A stretch of 64,000 bases of DNA from a bacterium (GTDB lineage: Bacteria; UBA8248; JACPRG01; G963555815). The translations under genes were made by a program, and so were the position numbers. Numbering within the stretch: position 1 is the first letter of the stretch; each line of letters begins with the position of its first letter. The notes beneath the pieces were generated by a model. That model was not told the DNA's origin, searched no databases, and saw only the letters and a list, made by a program, of their open reading frames with translations. The DNA lies in contig CBDHDG010000004.1 in NCBI GenBank assembly GCA_965261595.1, positions 448,001 through 512,000 of the forward strand. The letters run 5' to 3'. Shown one piece after another: positions 9,717 through 20,324 of this stretch.

Positions 9717-11432
9717 GTGGAAATCCATGTCGAGAGCGCCGCGGACGCCTACCTGGCGTTGCTGGCCCAAAGGGGAATCAAATATTTCTTTGCCAACGCA
9801 GGCACCGACTTCGCTCCCCTGGTGGAGAGTTTCGCGAAGCGGACATCGGAGGACGAGCCCTGCCCGACGCCCATCCTCTGCCCCCACGAGTCGACGGCCG
9901 TGAGCATGGCGCACGGCTACACCATGATCACCGGAGAGCCCCAGGCGGTGATGGTCCACGTCACGGTGGGCACGGCCAACGCGGCCGCCCAGGTCATGAA
10001 CGCCTCCCGGGCCCAGGTGCCTATCCTGTTCAGCGCCGGACGCACGCCCATCAACGAAGAAGGCGTGTTGGGCAACCGAAACGTCTACATCCACTGGGCG
10101 CAGGAATCGCGCGACCAGGGGGCGATGCTCCGGGAGTACGTCAAGTGGGACTATGAGCTGCGTAATCCCGCGCAGCTGGAGACCGTGGTGGACCGGGCGC
10201 TCACCCTGGCCATGGCCGATCCGCCAGGACCCGTCTACCTGACCCTGCCGCGCGAAGTCCTGGCGGAAAAACAGCAGACCTTGTCCTTGAGGCGAGAAGA
10301 GGTCCGGTTCGGTCAGGCCTCCCCCCAACCCAACGCGGACCAGATTGAACAAGCGGCGGAGCTTCTGGCCGGGGCGAAATCTCCTCTCATCATCGCCGGC
10401 GCGTCGGGCGCCAATCCGGACGCCGTATCGCTTCTGGTGGACCTGGCGGAAACCGGGGCCATCCCCGTCGTCGAGTTCCAGAACATCTACACCAACTTCC
10501 CTTCGGACCATCCCCTTCACCTGGGATTCAACCATGCCGGCCTCCTCGAGGAGGCGGACGTCGTCGTAGTCCTGGAGACCGACGTCCCGTGGATGCCCGC
10601 GTTTTCCAAGCCAAAGGACTCGACGCCGATCATCCATCTCGGCCGCGACCCCTATTATTCCAACTATACGATTCGGGGATTTCCGATCGACGTTTCACTG
10701 GTCGGGGACCCGGCGGTCGGACTGCGAAACCTCCGCGCGGCCCTGGCCCCGCGCCTGAAGGGAAAAGAGGCGGACCTGGAAGCGCGGCGCGAACAATACC
10801 GCGCTATCCATGAACAGCAGCGCGCGGAGTGGGCGAAGGCGGCGGAGGCGGCCGACCGCGAGAAACCGCTCGACTACCGGTGGGTCTCACACTGCATCAA
10901 CCAGGTGTACGACGACGACACGATTCTTGTCAACGAATACGACCTGCTTCCGAACCACGTGGATTTCAGGCGGCCGGGGGCGTTCTTCGCCTCCTCCCAC
11001 GCGTCCGGTCTGGGGTGGGCCCTGGGCGCGAGCCTCGGCGTCAAGCTCGCCGACCCGGACAAGACCGTCATCGCGACCGTCGGCGACGGGAGTTACATCT
11101 TCAACTCTCCCACCTCGGCACACTTCGTCTCCCGGGCCCAAAACCTGCCGTTCCTGACGATCATCTTCAACAACCAGTGCTGGAACGCCGTCCGCCGGTC
11201 GGCGGAGGGCCTGTATCCCGACGGCTGGGCTTCCGGGCGAAACCAGTTCCCCTTGAGCGATCTGGAGCCCTCGCCCCACTTTGAAAAGATGATGGAGTTG
11301 CACGAAGGTTACGGCGAGCGAGTCGACGAGCCCGGAGAGTTGCCGGCCGCGCTGGAGCGGGCGCTTCGGGCCGTCCGTGAGGAAGGCCGCCAGGCGCTCC
11401 TCAACGTGATCTGCAAACACCCGTCGATGTGA
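9717..11432 (+). CDS. Thiamine diphosphate-dependent enzyme (acetolactate synthase/benzoylformate decarboxylase family)
   Basis: ANAGTDF, HE motif, GDGSY...NNQCWN ThDP motif; GTG start after an AAAGGA RBS. Confidence 0.9.
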   Translation: MEIHVESAADAYLALLAQRGIKYFFANAGTDFAPLVESFAKRTSEDEPCPTPILCPHESTAVSMAHGYTMITGEPQAVMVHVTVGTANAAAQVMNASRAQVPILFSAGRTPINEEGVLGNRNVYIHWAQESRDQGAMLREYVKWDYELRNPAQLETVVDRALTLAMADPPGPVYLTLPREVLAEKQQTLSLRREEVRFGQASPQPNADQIEQAAELLAGAKSPLIIAGASGANPDAVSLLVDLAETGAIPVVEFQNIYTNFPSDHPLHLGFNHAGLLEEADVVVVLETDVPWMPAFSKPKDSTPIIHLGRDPYYSNYTIRGFPIDVSLVGDPAVGLRNLRAALAPRLKGKEADLEARREQYRAIHEQQRAEWAKAAEAADREKPLDYRWVSHCINQVYDDDTILVNEYDLLPNHVDFRRPGAFFASSHASGLGWALGASLGVKLADPDKTVIATVGDGSYIFNSPTSAHFVSRAQNLPFLTIIFNNQCWNAVRRSAEGLYPDGWASGRNQFPLSDLEPSPHFEKMMELHEGYGERVDEPGELPAALERALRAVREEGRQALLNVICKHPSM

Positions 11433-11464
11433 GCATCGGGGGGGGGGAGCTGACCCGCCGGGGG

Positions 11465-12973
11465 CTATTCGACGCCGAGAAAATCGAGAAGCCGGCTGGC
11501 CCCTTTGTTCGCTCCTTCGACGCAGTCCGGAATTCCGACCCCCCGGTAGGCGCTGCCGGCGATAGCGAAACCCGGCAGCTTCTCCGCCTCCGCCTCGATG
11601 GCGCCGACCCGATCCGGATGCCCGACTTTGTACTGCGGCATGGAGTGGGGATGCCGGCTGAGGAGGGCCGCCTCGGGCTCGCCCTGTAGGCCCAGGATTC
11701 CCCGAAGCTCATCGAGCAACCGCCGGACGGTCTCCTCCTCCGAAAGCGAGAACGTCTCGCCGCCTCCGAAGAAAGCCCGGAGCAAAATCTTGTCCTCCGG
11801 GGCGCGGCCCTCGAACTTGACGCTGGAGAAGGAACATGCGACGAGGGCGCGGCCCTCGGTGGCCGGGACGACGAAACCCATTCCGTCCAGAGGGCGCTTC
11901 ACCCGCTCCCGTTGATAGACCAGGTTCAGCGTCCCCATCGAGCCGTAGGCGATCTCGCTCAACAGCTCGGACATCTTCGGCGAGACCTCGCCCATCAGCT
12001 TCGCGGCCGGAGGCGCCGGGGCGGTGAGACAGACGGCGTCCGCCGTTACACTTTCCCCTCCTTCCAGACGAACCTTCCACCCGTCTCTTTCCCGGTGGAG
12101 CGTGCTCACGCGGCATCCGGACCGAAGGGCGCCCTCGGGGATCCGCTCCAACAAGGCGGCCACCAGGCTTTCCATTCCTTCCCGCAATGAGACGAACAGG
12201 CCGTAGCGCGGCCCGCTCGTCGAAGACGCACCCCCGCCTCCCCCTTTTCCCCCTCTTCCCGCGCGCATTTTCTTCCGCAGGGCCAGGATAACGCTGCGCT
12301 TCTCCCGCTCCATTTCAAGGAACTGCGGGAACGTCGCCGCGAGGCTCAGTGTCTCCGGGTCGGCGGAATAGATCCCGGCCACCATGGGCTGGGCCATCCG
12401 CTCCAGGGCCTCGGTCCCGAGCCTTCGCCGGACGAAGGACGCCAGGGTCTCATCGCCGTCCTCTTTGCGGCGCGGAATGAACAGATCCATCGCCATTCTC
12501 AGCTTGCCGAGCGGACTGAAAATCGGCGTTGTGATAAACGGAACGAAGGAAGAAGGCGCCAGGAGGTAGAACCCCGCCGGAACCGGCAGAAGAACGTTTC
12601 CCTTCAGGATGAAGCTCCGCCGGAACTCCGTGCCTGTTCCGATCAGGCTTTCTCCCAGACCCAGCTCCTCGCAAAGGGCGACGCCCGCGGGCTTGGTCGA
12701 GAGGAAGCAATCGGGGCCGTGCTCCAGAAGACACCCCGCCGCGCGGGAGGTCCGCAGCGCGCCTCCGAAACGGTCGGAGCTTTCCAGCAGGCGGACATCA
12801 AGCGGGAGAGCGCGCTCGCGCGCGCCTTCCCGCAATCGGTGCGCGGCGGCCAGGCCCGTGATTCCTCCCCCGATGACGACAACCCGTTTCGGCGGTTTTG
12901 GTTCACTCAAGAATTTTCCCGATGACCCGCGGCCGGTGCGCGTGCGCGGTCGATCCTGGATTTTCCCATACAA
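11465..12973 (-). CDS. hemG: Protoporphyrinogen/coproporphyrinogen oxidase (HemY type)
   Basis: VIGGGITGLAAA FAD motif, EHGPDCF, MPQYKVGH and GVGIPDCV; real start may be near 12910. Confidence 0.9.
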   Translation of the reverse strand: MYGKIQDRPRTRTGRGSSGKFLSEPKPPKRVVVIGGGITGLAAAHRLREGARERALPLDVRLLESSDRFGGALRTSRAAGCLLEHGPDCFLSTKPAGVALCEELGLGESLIGTGTEFRRSFILKGNVLLPVPAGFYLLAPSSFVPFITTPIFSPLGKLRMAMDLFIPRRKEDGDETLASFVRRRLGTEALERMAQPMVAGIYSADPETLSLAATFPQFLEMEREKRSVILALRKKMRAGRGGKGGGGGASSTSGPRYGLFVSLREGMESLVAALLERIPEGALRSGCRVSTLHRERDGWKVRLEGGESVTADAVCLTAPAPPAAKLMGEVSPKMSELLSEIAYGSMGTLNLVYQRERVKRPLDGMGFVVPATEGRALVACSFSSVKFEGRAPEDKILLRAFFGGGETFSLSEEETVRRLLDELRGILGLQGEPEAALLSRHPHSMPQYKVGHPDRVGAIEAEAEKLPGFAIAGSAYRGVGIPDCVEGANKGASRLLDFLGVE

Positions 12974-13033
12974 ACAACCATAAGATTATCCGTTTCGTTT
13001 TCCATCTGAAATTCTCGCGCGAAGGAGTTTGCA

Positions 13034-13798
13034 ATGCCACGAACGATCATCGATCTCAGCGTTCCCCTTCACAACAGCACATTCGACGGCATGATGCTCG
13101 AGATTCACTACATCAAGCACGAGGAGAACGGCCGCCTCTGGGCCAAGCGGTTCGACGTCGAGGTGGACGATCTGCCCCACGGCCACGGCTCATCCTCGGA
13201 ACGGATTCAACTCATCAGCCACGTCGGAACGCACGTGGACGCCCCTTATCACTATGCGCCCGTGGACAGCAAAGGCAAGCCCATGCGGACCATCGACGAG
13301 CTCGAGCTGGAGCATTTCTTCGGCGACGGGTTCTGTCTCGACTTCACGCACAAAAAGCCGGCCGAGCGGATCTCCGCCGATGAGGTCGAGGAGGCCATCC
13401 GGAAAATCGATTACACCGTCAAGCCCGGGGACATCGCCCTGATCCACACCGGCACGGACAAATACATCGACAGCCCGAAATTCCTGGAAATCCAGCCCGG
13501 CATGACCCGCGAGTCCATCCTGTGCCTGACGGCCAAGGGCGTGAAGGTGATCGGCATCGACGCCTGGGGGATGGACATCCCGTTCTCCCAAATGGCGAAG
13601 GAGTTGAAAGCGGGAAACAAAGACCAGTTTTGGGAGGCGCATTTCGCCGGGAAGGAAAGCGAATACTTCCAGATTGAAAAGCTCGCCAACCTCGACAAGC
13701 TCCCCAGACCGCACGGCTTCCTGGTCGCCTGCTTCCCCATCAAGATCGAGCGAGGCAGCGGCGCGTGGACGCGCGCCGTCGCCATTTTCGAGGATTGA
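13034..13798 (+). CDS. Cyclase family (kynurenine formamidase-like) metallohydrolase
   Basis: HVGTHVDAPYH motif, GIDAWGMD, IEKLANL. Confidence 0.9.
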   Translation: MPRTIIDLSVPLHNSTFDGMMLEIHYIKHEENGRLWAKRFDVEVDDLPHGHGSSSERIQLISHVGTHVDAPYHYAPVDSKGKPMRTIDELELEHFFGDGFCLDFTHKKPAERISADEVEEAIRKIDYTVKPGDIALIHTGTDKYIDSPKFLEIQPGMTRESILCLTAKGVKVIGIDAWGMDIPFSQMAKELKAGNKDQFWEAHFAGKESEYFQIEKLANLDKLPRPHGFLVACFPIKIERGSGAWTRAVAIFED

Positions 13799-13814
13799 GG
13801 GAGTGAACGCCGTC

Positions 13815-14573
13815 ATGCCGGCGGATCAAAATCTCAAGGGCCGCGTCGCCATCGTCACCGGATCCGGCCGTGGGATCGGAAAGACCACGGCGGAGACCCT
13901 CGCGCGCGAGGGGGCCGATGTGGTCCTCGCCACGCTTACGCCCGAGAACGCCGAGCGGACGGCCTCGGCCATCCGCGCCTCGGGCGGAAACGCCCTGCCC
14001 GCCCCCGTGGACGTCTCCAGCGGCGAGAGCGTCGGCCGGATGCTCGACCGGGTCCTGAAAGAATTCGGGCGCGCGGACATCCTCGTCAACGTCGCGGGGA
14101 TCAGCACGCTGACTCCCCTGGAAGACCTGGAAGAAGAGGAATGGGACCGCGTCCTCTCGGTCAACCTCAAGGGCGTCTACCTGTGCACGCGGGCCGTCCT
14201 GCCCGGGATGATGGAGCGCAAGTACGGGCGCATTGTCAGCGTGGCCTCCATCGCCGGCCGGTACGGCCGGGCACAGATGAGCGCCGCCTACTCCGCCTCC
14301 AAGGCGGGAATTCTGGGGTTCACCCGGAGCGTCGCGAAACGATACGGCGAATACGGCGTCACGGCCAACGCCATCGCCCCCGGGACGATCATCACGGACA
14401 TGAACCGCGGCCTGCCGGCCGAGACCCTCGACCGCCTCAAGGCGGACGCCGCCGTTCCCCGCCTCGGGACGCCCGCCGATGTGGCCGAGGCGGTCCGCTT
14501 CCTGGTCTCGGAAGAGGCAGGCTGGATCACCGGCGTGACGATCGACATCAACGGGGGGGCGATCATCGGTTGA
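13815..14573 (+). CDS. SDR oxidoreductase (FabG-like)
   Basis: TGSGRGIG, YSASK, NAIAPG. Confidence 0.9.
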   Translation: MPADQNLKGRVAIVTGSGRGIGKTTAETLAREGADVVLATLTPENAERTASAIRASGGNALPAPVDVSSGESVGRMLDRVLKEFGRADILVNVAGISTLTPLEDLEEEEWDRVLSVNLKGVYLCTRAVLPGMMERKYGRIVSVASIAGRYGRAQMSAAYSASKAGILGFTRSVAKRYGEYGVTANAIAPGTIITDMNRGLPAETLDRLKADAAVPRLGTPADVAEAVRFLVSEEAGWITGVTIDINGGAIIG

Positions 14574-14647
14574 CCGCGGGATATCCGCAGTTCGTCCTAT
14601 TCGCGCGACAGCGCCGAATCGATCCTTCGAAATCCAGGGAGGTCTGA

Positions 14648-15936
14648 ATGAACACCGACGCCGTCCTCGCGGCCATCGATAAGAAGGAGCTCGTGGATCT
14701 GTCCCTGCGCCTGGGAAACATCCTCAGTCCGACCGGGCACGAGGCGCCGATGGGCGAGGCCGTCTTCGATTGGCTGGCCGACAACGGTTTTCACCCCAGT
14801 AAAATGGAGGCCGCGCCGGGGCGCAACAACGTCGTCGCCGTCCTGAAAGGAACGGGCGGCGGAAGATCGCTCATCTTCAACGGCCACATGGACACCAAAT
14901 ACGGCGCGCCCGGCGACGAGTGGGGCGCGGGGGAGGTGATCCCCGAATACATCAGCGCGTGGAAGGACGGCGACCGGCTCTTCGGCCACCCGGTCTTCAA
15001 CGACCGGGGCCCTCTGGCGGCGACGTTCATGGCGGCGAAGGCCATCCGGGACAGCGGAGTCCGGCTCAAGGGAGACCTCCACCTGACGGCGGTGGTGGGC
15101 GAGATCGGCATGGCCCCCGTCGATGAGTATCAGGGGAGCCGCTATTTCGGCAAGGGGTTCGGGACGCGCCACCTCGTGGACCACGGGATCGTCGCCGACT
15201 ACGCCCTGGTGGCCGAGTGCACCAGCTTCTGCACCACCTGGGCGCAGTGCGGATGCGTCTACTTTCAGATCACGACACGGGGAAAAGGGATTTACACGCC
15301 CTTTATTCCGAGGCCGACCCGGCGGGAGAAAAGCCCGAACGCCGTCATCCGGATGACCGAGGTGATCCGGGCGCTGGAGGATTGGGCGGACATGTACATC
15401 GAGCGTGAAAGCGTTCCCTTTGAAGGAGGAACGATCCGGCCCAACGCCACCGTTGGGGCCATTCGGGGCGGGGTTCCCTACAAGATCGCCAACTCCGTAG
15501 GAAGGTGCAGCATCTACTTCGACGTCAGGATTCCCCCCGGAAAGGATCCCCTCTCCATCCAGCCCGAGATCGAGCGCGTCATTCGCGGGACCGGCGTCGA
15601 GGCCGAGGTGCGGCCATACATGACCCGGCGCGGATATGAGGCCAAGGGTTATGAGCCGCTGGTGGACAGCATCCGCCGGGGGCTCACGGCCAAGTCATCG
15701 GCAAGCCCATGGAGACCATCGACCCGCCTGTCACGAGCATGTGGCGGGACATGAACGTCTTCAACGAGGCCGGCATCCCCGCGGCCACGTACGGCCCCTA
15801 CATCCGGGAGATCTGGACCGAAGACCCGGACCCGGACGCTCCGGAGCGAGCCTACCTCCACGCCGACGACCTGGTCTCGGCTTCAAAGGCGTACGCCCTG
15901 GTGGCCATGGACATCTGCAACCGGGACGCGGGCTGA
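14648..15936 (+). pseudogene. M20/ArgE-DapE family amidohydrolase with a frameshift at the G5 run near 15678-15682
   Basis: FNGHMDT, NDRG and GE motifs. The C-terminus (..HGQVIGKPMETIDP..DMNVFNEAGIPAATYGP) continues in another frame to 15936. Confidence 0.8.
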
Positions 15937-16242
15937 GTTATCCGCGGTTTTCACGCATGAAGAAACGAAGCCCGAAGGAATCAGTCGTGATTTCCGCCTG
16001 ACGAGCGATCCGCTGAACATTGACCGCCCGCCGTCCTTCCGCAACACCCCCTGATCGTCAATCCCGCCCGCTGGGGAATGACAATCGTGTACAGACAAAT
16101 TATGTTTATGTTAATCTGACTCCATTCTGTGGGGTCTCGTGGAAAGAATTATGGTCTGATTGCCTGGAGGGGAAGGGCTCCTCATCGAGTGGAGATGCGC
16201 GGGAAGCGCCGACCAAATTCAGAAAAAAGGGAGGGTGGTAAA

Positions 16243-17331
16243 ATGCTGAAAAGAAAGATGTATGGATTTGTGGTGGTCCTGTCACTGGTTCTCTTTTCGC
16301 TGTCCCAACTCGCCGATACGCGGTTAGAGGCAGCCGAGAAAAAACTCAAGGTGGCGTTCCTCTACCTGGGCGTGGTCGGCGATTCCGGGTACAACCTGGC
16401 CCATGACATGGGTCGGCGCCACTTGGTGAAAATGGTTCCCGAAGTGGAGACGGCCTACACCGAAAATGTGGCGCGCGGTGATACGGAGCGGGTCTTGAGG
16501 ACCTATATCCGCCGGGGCTACAAGTTGATCTTTGGAAATACTTTTGACTATCAGGATGGGATGATCCGTGTCGGAAAAAAATTCAAAGATGTGATCTTCA
16601 TGGACGCCTCGGGCTGGAAAACCTCGAAGAACGTGGCCCCGTATTGGGGCAGAGAATATCAGGCCCGCTATTTGACGGGGCTTGTGGCGGGGCGGATGAC
16701 CCGCACCAACCGCATCGGCTATGTCGCCGCCCATCCTTACCCGACGGTGTTGCGGGGAATCAACGGCTTCATGCTCGGCGTTCGGAAAGCGAATCCCCAG
16801 GCGACGGTCCGCGTCGTATTCACCCAGGCGTGGTACGACCCGGCGAAGTCCCGCGAAGCGGCGGACAGCCTCTTTGACGTGGGCGTGGATGTCATCACCC
16901 AGCACCAGGATTCTCCGGCCCCGGTTCAGGCGGCCGAGCGTCGGGGCAAGTATGCCATCGGCTATAACTGGGATATGACCAAATTCGCCCCCAAGGGACA
17001 CCTGACGGCGGCCATCTTCAACTGGGGAGTGATCGTCGAGGCCATGACCAAGGCGGTCCTCAACGGCACATGGAAGAGCAAACCCATCTTTTGGGGATTG
17101 GAGAAAGGCGCGGTGGATATCGCCCCGCTGAATCCTATCGTCCCGAAGGAAGTCAAGGAATTGGTGGACAAGGAGCGGAAAAGGCTTGCCTCGCCCGATT
17201 TTGACGTCTTTCATGGCCCCCTCAAGGACCAGAAAGGGAAAATCCGGGTTCCCGCGGGCACAAGGGCCCAAGGTAAGGCGCTCGCCACGATGAGCTATTT
17301 GCTCGAGGGGATCCAAGGAACACTTCCGTAA
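16243..17331 (+). CDS. BMP-family ABC transporter substrate-binding protein (purine/nucleoside type)
   Basis: Signal peptide; KVAFLY..GDSGYN.AH, EYQARYLTG, WYDPAK, DVITQHQDS. Confidence 0.9.
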   Translation: MLKRKMYGFVVVLSLVLFSLSQLADTRLEAAEKKLKVAFLYLGVVGDSGYNLAHDMGRRHLVKMVPEVETAYTENVARGDTERVLRTYIRRGYKLIFGNTFDYQDGMIRVGKKFKDVIFMDASGWKTSKNVAPYWGREYQARYLTGLVAGRMTRTNRIGYVAAHPYPTVLRGINGFMLGVRKANPQATVRVVFTQAWYDPAKSREAADSLFDVGVDVITQHQDSPAPVQAAERRGKYAIGYNWDMTKFAPKGHLTAAIFNWGVIVEAMTKAVLNGTWKSKPIFWGLEKGAVDIAPLNPIVPKEVKELVDKERKRLASPDFDVFHGPLKDQKGKIRVPAGTRAQGKALATMSYLLEGIQGTLP

Positions 17332-17712
17332 GCCGACTTCCGGCATGACCGATCGCCGTCCCAACCTCTTCTTTGGAAAAATCCGGGGAGGTGGGTTTCA
17401 ACATGCCGGCTTCAGATTGGCGGCGCCCCGGCTGTGGGTTGACCCATGCGCGCGTGACGGCCTGAGGGAGATGTACGTCCAATCCAAAGCGCCGGCGTGA
17501 ATAAAGCGCCCCTTACCACAGCGAATCCTCTCAGAGAATGCGGGCGGCGGGCTTTTGGAGGGAAACCCCGCGGCTTCACCTCTTTATTTGTTCAGCGGTC
17601 GAGACCGATCGTGAACCTGAATGTGGATAAAGTCCCGGCGGCGTAGGACGCTCCGGGCTGTATGCGTCTGAGACCGCGCCTTGCGTCTATCGCCGCGGGG
17701 AAAGGCCGCCTC

Positions 17713-18804
17713 ATGACTTCCATTCGTCTGGAAACCCGGCTGGAGTCATCACGACACTTGGGGTGGGTGATTCCACTCGCGTCCGTGGCGCTGGGACTTT
17801 TGGTGGGCGCTTTCATTCTTCTTGGGGCCGGAGTCAACCCGATTGCGGCCTACCGCGAAATGGCCGTGGAAACCTTTGGCAACTCGCAGGGCCTGTCGGA
17901 AGTGCTGGTGCTGGCGACGCCCCTGATGCTCTGCGGATTGGGGGTGATGCTGTCGTTCAAGATGCTTTTTTGGAACATCGGGGCGGAAGGTCAGCTCTAC
18001 ATGGGCGCTTTTGCCACCACGTGGGTCATCCTGACGGGTTGGGAAGGTCCGGCCTGGGCGATGATCCCCGTGATGATGTTGGCCGCCATGATCGCCGGCG
18101 CCCTCTGGGCGCTCATCCCCGCCCTCCTGAAGGTCAAGCTGAACGTCAATGAAATCATCACGACCCTCCTGATGAACTACATCGCCATTTTGTGGGTGGG
18201 TTATCTGGTGTACGGACCCTGGAAGGATCCGCTCACGTTCAACTTTCCGGTGACGCGGGAATTTCCCGAGGCCGCGCAGCTTTACCGGTTTGGCGATACC
18301 CGTGTGCATCTGGGCATCATCTTCGCGACCGTGTCCGCGGTGATCTTGTACTTTATTCAGGTGCGAAGCCGCTGGGGCTATGAAATCACGGTGATGGGGG
18401 AGAGTCCAAGGGCCGCCCGCTACGCCGGCATGAAGACGACGCGGAATGTCATTTTTGTGATGTTGATCAGCGGCGGCCTTGCCGGTCTCGCCGGAATGGC
18501 GGAGGTGTCGGGCATTCAGCTCCGGTTGCTCCCGTCGATCTCCCCTCCGAACGCCCCTTATGGTTACACGGCCATCATTGTGGCGTGGCTGGGCCGGCGG
18601 CACCCGTGGGGCGTCGTGCTGGTCGCTTTGTTCTTCGGGAGTCTTTATGTCGGCGGTGAGGCATTGCAGATCACCATGAAGCTCCCCGTGAACATCGTTC
18701 TGATCATCCAGGCCCTGATCCTTTTATTCGTCCTGGCCGGAGACATCCTTTCCCAACATCGGTTGGTTTGGGACCGGGGGCGGCAAGCAATCCCCACGCC
18801 TTAG
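17713..18804 (+). CDS. ABC transporter permease (nucleoside/simple sugar type)
   Basis: Multiple TM segments; WNIGAEGQ, NEIITTLLMNY, GYTAIIVAWLG. Confidence 0.9.
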   Translation: MTSIRLETRLESSRHLGWVIPLASVALGLLVGAFILLGAGVNPIAAYREMAVETFGNSQGLSEVLVLATPLMLCGLGVMLSFKMLFWNIGAEGQLYMGAFATTWVILTGWEGPAWAMIPVMMLAAMIAGALWALIPALLKVKLNVNEIITTLLMNYIAILWVGYLVYGPWKDPLTFNFPVTREFPEAAQLYRFGDTRVHLGIIFATVSAVILYFIQVRSRWGYEITVMGESPRAARYAGMKTTRNVIFVMLISGGLAGLAGMAEVSGIQLRLLPSISPPNAPYGYTAIIVAWLGRRHPWGVVLVALFFGSLYVGGEALQITMKLPVNIVLIIQALILLFVLAGDILSQHRLVWDRGRQAIPTP

Positions 18805-18929
18805 CCAAAGGGCCTTCCGAAATCGGTCGGATTCAAAGTCTTTTTGCACGCGTTGCAAGGCTCCTACGTGACCCTTGCCCGCCCCATCTGTAAATATTCC
18901 TCGGGTCCAATGAAAGGAGGGCGGCTCCT

Positions 18930-20159
18930 ATGGGTGCTTACCTTCTAAGACGTGCGAAAGTGAAGGGACATGAAGCGCCTGTGGATATCCACATCAAAGG
19001 GGACCGGATTGCAAAAATCTCCCCCACAGAGGAGGATGCCGGACCCGCCGGCGCGGAAGCGATCGAGGTCGGCGGCAGATTAGTGATTCCCGGCTTCGTG
19101 GACGCACACATGCATCTGGAAAAAGGCATGGTGTCTGACCGGAGGCTTAACCGGTCGGGGACCCTCGAGGAAGGCCTCGAGATCATGATGGAGGTCAAGA
19201 AGGGATTCACCGTAGAGGACATTCACCGCCGCGCCCGAAAGCAAATCGAGATGGCCGTTTCAAACGGCAGCACCAGCCTGCGCACCCACATCGACCTTGA
19301 TTCCGCAATTGGCCTGAAAGGAGTGGAGGCCCTTTCCGCTCTTCGGGAGGAGCTGAAAGAGTCGGTTACGATTCAATTGGTTGTCCTTCCGCACGGCGAT
19401 CCGGTCTCTTCCCAGGAGTTTTTGAAGGTCTTGCGAAAAGCAATTGAGCTTTCCGACTTGATCGGCGGTTTTCCGGGCCCGGGCGACGAAAAGCTGGTTG
19501 ATCTCCTTTTTCAGCTCGCCCGGGAATTCGATAGGGATCTCGACCTTCACGTCGATGAAAAAGACGACACGGAGATCCTCGAAATCCGATATGTAGCGGA
19601 AAAGACGATCCAGGAAGGATACGAAGGACGGGTCACCGTGGATCACCTGTGCGCCCTATCCTCTTTACCCTCTTCAGAGGCCCGCGACGTGATCGCACTG
19701 ATTCGCGACGCGGGCTTGAACGTTATCACCCTGCCATCGTCCAACCTTCACATTCAGGGCCGGGCGGATGACCATAAGCCGCGAAGGGGAATTACGCGCG
19801 TGAAGGAAATGCTTGCCGAAGGGATTCCCGTCGCCTACGCGTCGGACAATATCCGGGACGGATTTACACCCTTCGGGAATGCCGACATGTTGGAGGTCGG
19901 CTTGATCTTCGCCCACGGCGCCCAAATGGGATCCTTCGAGGAGCTGAAAACCGTTTTAGACATGGGCACCGAAATCCCGGGCCGGATCTTTTTCCGCAAC
20001 GACACTTACGGCGTCCGGGTGGGAAACGTGGCTGACTTGGTCGTATTGGATGTCCACCGCTTCGAGGATGCCATTGTCACTCAGCCCACCCGGCTGTGGG
20101 TCTTCAAAAAGGGACGGATGGTCGCAAGGAGCTCCACAGTCACCGACCTTTTTCTTTAG
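18930..20159 (+). CDS. Cytosine/creatinine deaminase-like amidohydrolase
   Basis: PGFVDAHMHLEK, RTHID, HVDE, DH, RRGITRV and ASDN motifs. Confidence 0.9.
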   Translation: MGAYLLRRAKVKGHEAPVDIHIKGDRIAKISPTEEDAGPAGAEAIEVGGRLVIPGFVDAHMHLEKGMVSDRRLNRSGTLEEGLEIMMEVKKGFTVEDIHRRARKQIEMAVSNGSTSLRTHIDLDSAIGLKGVEALSALREELKESVTIQLVVLPHGDPVSSQEFLKVLRKAIELSDLIGGFPGPGDEKLVDLLFQLAREFDRDLDLHVDEKDDTEILEIRYVAEKTIQEGYEGRVTVDHLCALSSLPSSEARDVIALIRDAGLNVITLPSSNLHIQGRADDHKPRRGITRVKEMLAEGIPVAYASDNIRDGFTPFGNADMLEVGLIFAHGAQMGSFEELKTVLDMGTEIPGRIFFRNDTYGVRVGNVADLVVLDVHRFEDAIVTQPTRLWVFKKGRMVARSSTVTDLFL

Positions 20160-20324
20160 CGGGAATCTCCGATTTCAAATTCAGAACCGATTCGCCCGCG
20201 ACCCCCTCGAAGGCCGATTCCCCCATCCCCACCCCGACGGCGCTCACGCCTTCACCCGGTTCACGCCCTAAGCCAGGCGAGGGCGCGGGCGGGCGCCTGG
20301 CCATTGGCCATTGCCCTTGCCTTC

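Noticed and set aside
16088..16097. TGTACAGACA HutC-type operator upstream of the BMP gene
   Set aside because: Short, imperfect and single, with no cognate regulator nearby.
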